A stretch of 64,000 nucleotides of DNA from an uncultured Candidatus Binatia bacterium (GTDB lineage: Bacteria; Desulfobacterota; Binatia; Bin18), in contig OZ241744.1 in NCBI GenBank assembly GCA_965200965.1, forward strand, positions 3,296,001-3,360,000. Direction: 5' to 3'. The position numbers and the translations under genes were made by a program. Positions within the stretch are counted from its first letter, which is position 1. Each line of letters begins with the position of its first letter. The notes beneath the pieces are model-generated. The model was not told the origin of the DNA, ran no database searches, and saw only the letters and a program-made list of their open reading frames with translations. Positions 59,015 to 64,000 of the stretch are shown here, piece after piece.

Positions 59015-61633
59015 ATGGCTCAAGGAATGAACGCCCACAGGCCCGGGCTTGACTGGGATCAATTGCTGCTGACGTATCTCCATGACCCGATTGACAAGGC
59101 CCTGGACATCCGCGGCCACGAGGCACGGGCGGCCCGGTACGCCTCTCGCGCTCTCGGCCGGGAGGTCAGCCGGGAGGAGATAAAAAGCGAGTCATCGCTG
59201 GCCGACCAGCTTGCCGCCAGAGCCGAACGTCTCCCGATGCCGACCGCCGGCGACAGGGGTGAGCGCGCTGTTGGTCCCGATCAGGGCCGGCTCACTGTCC
59301 GCCACCCGGTCAGCGCCCAAACGGACCGGCTGGAAGGGCTGGCTGTTGATGAGACAGGCACGCTTAAAACCATCGGTGGCATTGTTGACGGGCTGCCCGA
59401 CGCGCGCTCCCGCTTTCTGGCCCTGTGGCGACTCCTGCCCGAACGCCTGGGGCTAAACGCCCGGCTGCCAGCCGATACCCGTGTGCCTGACCACAGCCTG
59501 ATTCAGCACGCCGATATCACCGCAGGTCTGTGGGCCAGCCAGGAGGGCGCGCGTGGCGCGGCCCTGCTATCGCTCTCGCTCGGGCCGGTGAAAGACTTTA
59601 TTGCCGCCGCCCGCAGCGTGCGCGACCTGTGGACCGGCAGCGCCATCCTGTCGTGGCTGACCTTCCAGGGTATCTGCCCGGTGCTCGACACACTCGGCCC
59701 TACCGTCCTGGTCTACCCGGCTTTGCGCGGCAATCCGCTGATGGATCTGTGGCTGCGGAATCAGCACGGCCTGGAGAACATCGTACCGCTTCCAGCATCA
59801 GCCTCACGCCGGTCTCCGTCCATCCCCAACCGTTTCGTCGCCCTTGTGCCGTGGGGGCTGGACGGCACCGAGGCTCACGCGCTGGCCGACAACTGCGAAC
59901 AGGCGGTCCGGGCGGCCTGGCGTCGCCTGGCGGACGCTGTGCGCAGTCGTCTTAGCCCGACTCTCCTGGACATTGAGCCCGACTGGGCATGTCGCTGGCC
60001 GGCACAGGTAGACAGCTTCTTTGAGGTCAGGACGGCCACCCTTCCGGTGCGGGACGTGAGGATGGATAAGACGCTGGCCCGTCTGATTGGGGGTAAGGAC
60101 TCGTTCACTGAAGTCTGGCCGGAGGCTGAACGGGTGCGGGGGCTGGCTGACGCGATCCCGCTCGACCAACGTCCGCGCTACCCCCAGCGCTCGGCCGGCC
60201 TTTGGCAGGCCCAGCTTGAAATGTCGGCGCGGCTGATGGCGGCACATCGGTCCGTCCGGCATGTCCCGGCCACCCAGACCGCGCCGGATGAACCTTCGCC
60301 GCCCAAGTGCAGTCTGCTTGGCTCCTATGAGCAGATGGGGCCGGCGGGCCTCAAGGCTTCGCGCAATTTCTGGGCCACAGCCGCCGCTCAAGTTCGCGTC
60401 GAAGGCGTCCCTCTTCGTGACCAGGAGCGCTTTTCCGCTATCGCGCTGTGCAAGCGGTTTGCCGCCCCGGCGTTCCTTGCCAGCGAGTTCGGGATCAAGC
60501 CGTCCGACCTGCGCTTCCCCGACACGGCGACGGTCGCTGCCGCGGAATGGCTGGCCGAGGCAGGCATTGACCCCGATCAAGTCCGGCGCGAACACGACGG
60601 CAAATGGAACGGACGCTGGCTTCACCACAAGCCCCCTGCTGAGAGCGATGACGAGTGCCCTCCAGCGGTCTGGGACCGGATCAAGAGCGCCCGTGCCCGG
60701 AAAGCGCAGGGCACGCCGCCGGCCTACTACGCGATCCTGGCAATGGACGCGGACAACATGGGGAAGTGGCTCAAGGGCGACTACGCTCCGCAGGTCCGCC
60801 ACATCCTGCACCCGAAGATGGTTGACTACTACGAGCGGCTTGGCGACAAGGCCAAGGCCGGCCTCGACGCCAAACGCCCGGTTGGACCGGCTCTGCACGC
60901 CGCCATCAGCGAAGCCCTCAACAATTTTGCCAGCCGTATCGCCCCCAGCATTGTAGAGAAGCATAAGGGCACAATGATCTATTCGGGCGGTGATGACATT
61001 CTGGCCCTGCTGCCGGCGCGCCGGGCGGTTGACGCTGCTGCCGATCTGTACCACGCTTTCCGCGGCGAGGACGGAGGGCCGCCCGGCTGGACGGAGAGAG
61101 ACGGACGCCAACTGCTGACGATGGGCGACACGGCTACCCTGTCCGCCGGTATCGCCTTTGTGCATCACATGGAGGATCTGCGCTTGGCGCTTGCCGCCGC
61201 CCGCCAAGCCGAACAGGCGGCCAAGAACGGCGGCCGGAACTGGCTGAGGCTGCACTTCATGCGCCGCTCTGGCGAGCATTCCAAGGCCGGTCTGTCGTGG
61301 ACGTGCGCACCGTGGTTTCAGAAGATGGTGGCGATCTTCGCCAAAGGGGCGACCGACCGCTGGGCCTATCGTCTGCGTCAGGAACTTCCGACCCTCCAGG
61401 AAGTTCCCGATGCGGCTGTCAGTGCTGAGATAGGCCGGCTTGTCGATCGGACCACACACGACAAGGCGTCAGACCCAGCCGCTCCTTCGGGCACACACGC
61501 AGAAGACTGGTGGCAGAAGTACTACGAGGCTGGCCGGCAGCGGAGCCAACCGGCGGAATTGCCGGAACTGCTCGAATCGTTCACCCTGCTGTGCCAGGGC
61601 GCGGCATTTGTAGCGCGAGGTCACGATGGCTGA
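59015..61633 (+). CDS. cas10: Type III-B CRISPR-associated Cas10/Cmr2
   Basis: YLHDP.DK, LPADTRVPDHS, FIAAARSVRDLWTGSAILSWL, YYAILAMDADNMGKW, YSGGDD and LSAGIAFVH. Confidence 0.95.
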   Translation: MAQGMNAHRPGLDWDQLLLTYLHDPIDKALDIRGHEARAARYASRALGREVSREEIKSESSLADQLAARAERLPMPTAGDRGERAVGPDQGRLTVRHPVSAQTDRLEGLAVDETGTLKTIGGIVDGLPDARSRFLALWRLLPERLGLNARLPADTRVPDHSLIQHADITAGLWASQEGARGAALLSLSLGPVKDFIAAARSVRDLWTGSAILSWLTFQGICPVLDTLGPTVLVYPALRGNPLMDLWLRNQHGLENIVPLPASASRRSPSIPNRFVALVPWGLDGTEAHALADNCEQAVRAAWRRLADAVRSRLSPTLLDIEPDWACRWPAQVDSFFEVRTATLPVRDVRMDKTLARLIGGKDSFTEVWPEAERVRGLADAIPLDQRPRYPQRSAGLWQAQLEMSARLMAAHRSVRHVPATQTAPDEPSPPKCSLLGSYEQMGPAGLKASRNFWATAAAQVRVEGVPLRDQERFSAIALCKRFAAPAFLASEFGIKPSDLRFPDTATVAAAEWLAEAGIDPDQVRREHDGKWNGRWLHHKPPAESDDECPPAVWDRIKSARARKAQGTPPAYYAILAMDADNMGKWLKGDYAPQVRHILHPKMVDYYERLGDKAKAGLDAKRPVGPALHAAISEALNNFASRIAPSIVEKHKGTMIYSGGDDILALLPARRAVDAAADLYHAFRGEDGGPPGWTERDGRQLLTMGDTATLSAGIAFVHHMEDLRLALAAARQAEQAAKNGGRNWLRLHFMRRSGEHSKAGLSWTCAPWFQKMVAIFAKGATDRWAYRLRQELPTLQEVPDAAVSAEIGRLVDRTTHDKASDPAAPSGTHAEDWWQKYYEAGRQRSQPAELPELLESFTLLCQGAAFVARGHDG

Positions 61634-62720
61634 CGGTAATACCCTGCTCCGGCTGAACATCAAGCCGGTCGATAGTCTGTTCTTCCGCGACGCGCGGCCA
61701 TTTGAGCTAAGCAGCCATGCGGCCTCTGGTCTGCCCATGCCCCAGACCTTGGCCGGCGCGGTGCGCAGCGTATTGCTGGAGCGGCACGGGGCAGATTTCG
61801 GCCGGCTGGGAGAACGCACCCGGAGCGGAGCTTCCTTTGCCGAGGCTCTCGACAAGTTCGGCCCCACGGTTGCCTCCGTGGCCGCGGTCCAGATACGCGG
61901 CCCGTGGTTCACCCTGAATGGTGAGGTCTTGCTTCCAGCCCCGGCCAGCCTCCAGCAGGAAAAAGAAAGTAGAAAACTCGTGCGGCTTGACCCGCTCCAC
62001 CCCCCGCCTCCTGGCTGGCGGCCTCCAGCCCCGGGGATGTTGCCCCTGTGGCGGTATGGCCAGGAGACTGTCGAGGCCGCCGACGGATTTCTCCGGCTGT
62101 GCGACTTGGCCCGCTTCCTTGAGGGAGGCTGGCCAAAGTCGGACGCTCCGGCCCTGGCAAAGAACGTGCTGGTCCCGGCAAAGAACGTGTACGAGTTTGA
62201 GGACCGCACCGGCATTGGCGTTGATCCGCTGCGTAACGCCGCGCAGGAAGGTCATATCTACGCCGTCCGCATGTTGGTCCTCAAACCCGAAGCTGGCCTG
62301 TCAGCCGAACTGAGCGGCCCTGCCGGTACCCTGGCCCCGCTTGAGGATGAACCGGTCGTGATGAAGTTTGGTGGCGAGGGCCGACACGTCGTCGTCCGAG
62401 CCGAACAGCGGGGCTTTGACTGGCCGCACATTCCGCCTGTGTCGGACAAGGGCCGGCTGGTGCTGCTGACCACACCGGCCTGGTTCAACGGCTGGAAACC
62501 GCCGGCGCTTGATCCGATAGCCGCGGCTGTCGGTCGTCATCAAGCGGTTTCTGGCTGGGACCTGGCCAAAGGCGGCCCCAAGCCCAACCGCTTCATGGTC
62601 CCCGCCGGCTCTGTCTATTTTCTGCCCCCAGACGCCCAGGTCCCGGCCCAACTGGTCACGGACGAAGATGCAAAGCTGGGCTGGGGATGCTTTCTGAAAG
62701 GAAACTGGAGCTATGTCTGA
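61626..62720 (+). CDS. cmr3: Type III-B Cmr3
   Basis: PVDSLFFRDARPF, PQTLAGAVR, RTGIG, FGGEGR, VSGWD, VPAGSVYF and LGWG. Confidence 0.93.
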   Translation: MADGNTLLRLNIKPVDSLFFRDARPFELSSHAASGLPMPQTLAGAVRSVLLERHGADFGRLGERTRSGASFAEALDKFGPTVASVAAVQIRGPWFTLNGEVLLPAPASLQQEKESRKLVRLDPLHPPPPGWRPPAPGMLPLWRYGQETVEAADGFLRLCDLARFLEGGWPKSDAPALAKNVLVPAKNVYEFEDRTGIGVDPLRNAAQEGHIYAVRMLVLKPEAGLSAELSGPAGTLAPLEDEPVVMKFGGEGRHVVVRAEQRGFDWPHIPPVSDKGRLVLLTTPAWFNGWKPPALDPIAAAVGRHQAVSGWDLAKGGPKPNRFMVPAGSVYFLPPDAQVPAQLVTDEDAKLGWGCFLKGNWSYV

Positions 62721-63603
62721 CAAAACCCTGCTGTTCATCCATGCCCTGACCGGTCTCCACCCCGGCAGCGGCACAGCCCTGGGCGTCGTCGATTTGCCGG
62801 TACAGCGTGAGCGTCACACCGGCTGGCCGCTCATACCGGGCTCATCGCTCAAGGGTGTGATGCGGGCCGGATGCGCCAAGGACGACCGGGAAAATAACGA
62901 TGTCCTGGCGGCATTCGGTCCAGAGACCCCCGCGGCGTCCGACCACGCCGGCGCGGTCGCCTTTTCGGATGCGCGCATTCTGGCCTTCCCGGTGCGCTCG
63001 CTGACCGGCGTGTTTGCCTGGGTGACCTGCCGCGATGTGCTGACCCGGCTTGAGCGTGACCTCAAGCTTGTCGGCGCTGACTTCCCCGCTATCCCTCGTG
63101 TTGAAGAAGGCAAAGCCGCCTGTGCCAGGGACAGCCCGCTGATCGCCCACGGCGAAAAACTCATGCTGGAAGAGCTCGAGTTCTCTCACGGCGGCGACGC
63201 CGGAAAGATTGCAGACTGGATCGCATCGCAGGCCGTGGAAGACGAGGGGACAAAAGACAGGCTGCGCTCACATCTGGCCGTCCTGCCTGATAACGATTTC
63301 ACCTACTTTGTCCGCAACGCCACCGAGGTCGTAGCCCGGATCGGGCTTGACGAAAAGAAGACCGTCCGCACGGGCGCACTCTTCTACGAGGAGTATCTGC
63401 CGGCCGAAACCCTCTTCTACTCGCTGGTGATATGCAGCGACAGCCGCCGCCCAGGCTCGCGGCTTTCCAGCGCTGCCGACATCCTCAACTGGCTTTGTGA
63501 CAGTGCGCCCAAGACGCTTCAGATCGGCGGCGGTGAGACAGTTGGCAAGGGCTTCTGCGCGGTCCGCTTCGCCGACCCGGCCAAGGAGAAAGACCATGAG
63601 TGA
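62713..63603 (+). CDS. cmr4: Type III-B Cmr4 (Cas7-like RAMP endoribonuclease)
   Basis: LHPGSG..VVDLPVQRERHTGWP.IPGSSLKG, FPVRS, LFYEEYLP and QIGGGETVGKG. Confidence 0.96.
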   Translation: MSDKTLLFIHALTGLHPGSGTALGVVDLPVQRERHTGWPLIPGSSLKGVMRAGCAKDDRENNDVLAAFGPETPAASDHAGAVAFSDARILAFPVRSLTGVFAWVTCRDVLTRLERDLKLVGADFPAIPRVEEGKAACARDSPLIAHGEKLMLEELEFSHGGDAGKIADWIASQAVEDEGTKDRLRSHLAVLPDNDFTYFVRNATEVVARIGLDEKKTVRTGALFYEEYLPAETLFYSLVICSDSRRPGSRLSSAADILNWLCDSAPKTLQIGGGETVGKGFCAVRFADPAKEKDHE

Positions 63604-64000
63604 CAGCCAGCCGACCCTTGACCAGCGTCGCGCCCAACACGCCTGGAAAGCTGTGGAACGCGCCGGCAAATTACAGGACGCCAAGGATTTTGCCCGAGAA
63701 GCCAAGCGGCTGCCCGTCCGCATCAAGACCGCCGGCCTCGGCCAAGCCCTGGCCTTCCTCAACGCCAAGTCCAAGTCAGACAGTGAAGATTATCGGGGCC
63801 AATTGCTGAAGGAGTTGGGCAACTGGTTGTTGAAGGAGCGCCGTTTAGCGCCGTGGCCAAAAGGGGCCACCGACCGCGACGCAGTGCTCCAGGCTATCAT
63901 TGGCGGAGACGCCAAGCTGCTACGCCGCGCCACCGAAGAGGCCCTGTTCTACCTGCAATGGCTGACCCGCTTCAGCGAAGCCAAGTTCAAGCCTGACGAG
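63596..64000 (+). CDS. cmr5: Type III-B Cmr5 (Cas11), runs off the window end
   Basis: MSDSQPTLDQRRAQHAW...KRLPVRIKTAGLGQALAFL...ATEEALFYLQWLTRFSEA; absent from the ORF track because it is open-ended. Confidence 0.9.
   Translation, partial: MSDSQPTLDQRRAQHAWKAVERAGKLQDAKDFAREAKRLPVRIKTAGLGQALAFLNAKSKSDSEDYRGQLLKELGNWLLKERRLAPWPKGATDRDAVLQAIIGGDAKLLRRATEEALFYLQWLTRFSEAKFKPDE

Noticed and set aside
1-64000. tRNA, rRNA, transposase, integrase or prophage genes
   Set aside because: None were recognised by eye; a tRNAscan/Infernal run would be needed to exclude small RNAs.

Overview
High-GC bacterial chromosomal window. Its content (several amidohydrolases and LLM/F420 oxidoreductases, a PQQ dehydrogenase, a large exported protein with 'GIGxVSGWVCEAE...CGDSDNGFGL' repeats) tentatively suggests a Binatia-like, possibly host-associated, lineage; this is inference only. 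Most of it is housekeeping or catabolic: mutL, mutS, hemB, cobB, ispG, gor, a UvrD helicase, tupBCA and acyl-CoA enzymes. The right end holds the start of a type III-B CRISPR-Cas operon (cas10/cmr2-cmr3-cmr4-cmr5); no array is visible in the window. The most notable signal is a compact candidate inducible defence circuit at 26.9-31.2 kb. A CARF(RtcR-like)-AAA+-HTH sigma54 activator sits divergent from an operon encoding a DUF3696-type ABC ATPase and a PLD/MIT_C-like protein. That operon has a perfect sigma54 -24/-12 promoter, and the intergenic gap holds a palindromic candidate enhancer/operator. Other highlights: an exported peroxiredoxin-like selenoprotein (in-frame UGA plus SECIS-like hairpin) split in the ORF track, a 39-bp palindrome inserted in frame in a TM0106 nuclease-helicase, a surface protein with G18/C9/C13 tracts and a near-perfect 359-bp internal duplication, and several small gene lesions. 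All calls rest on motif recognition; no database searches were run.
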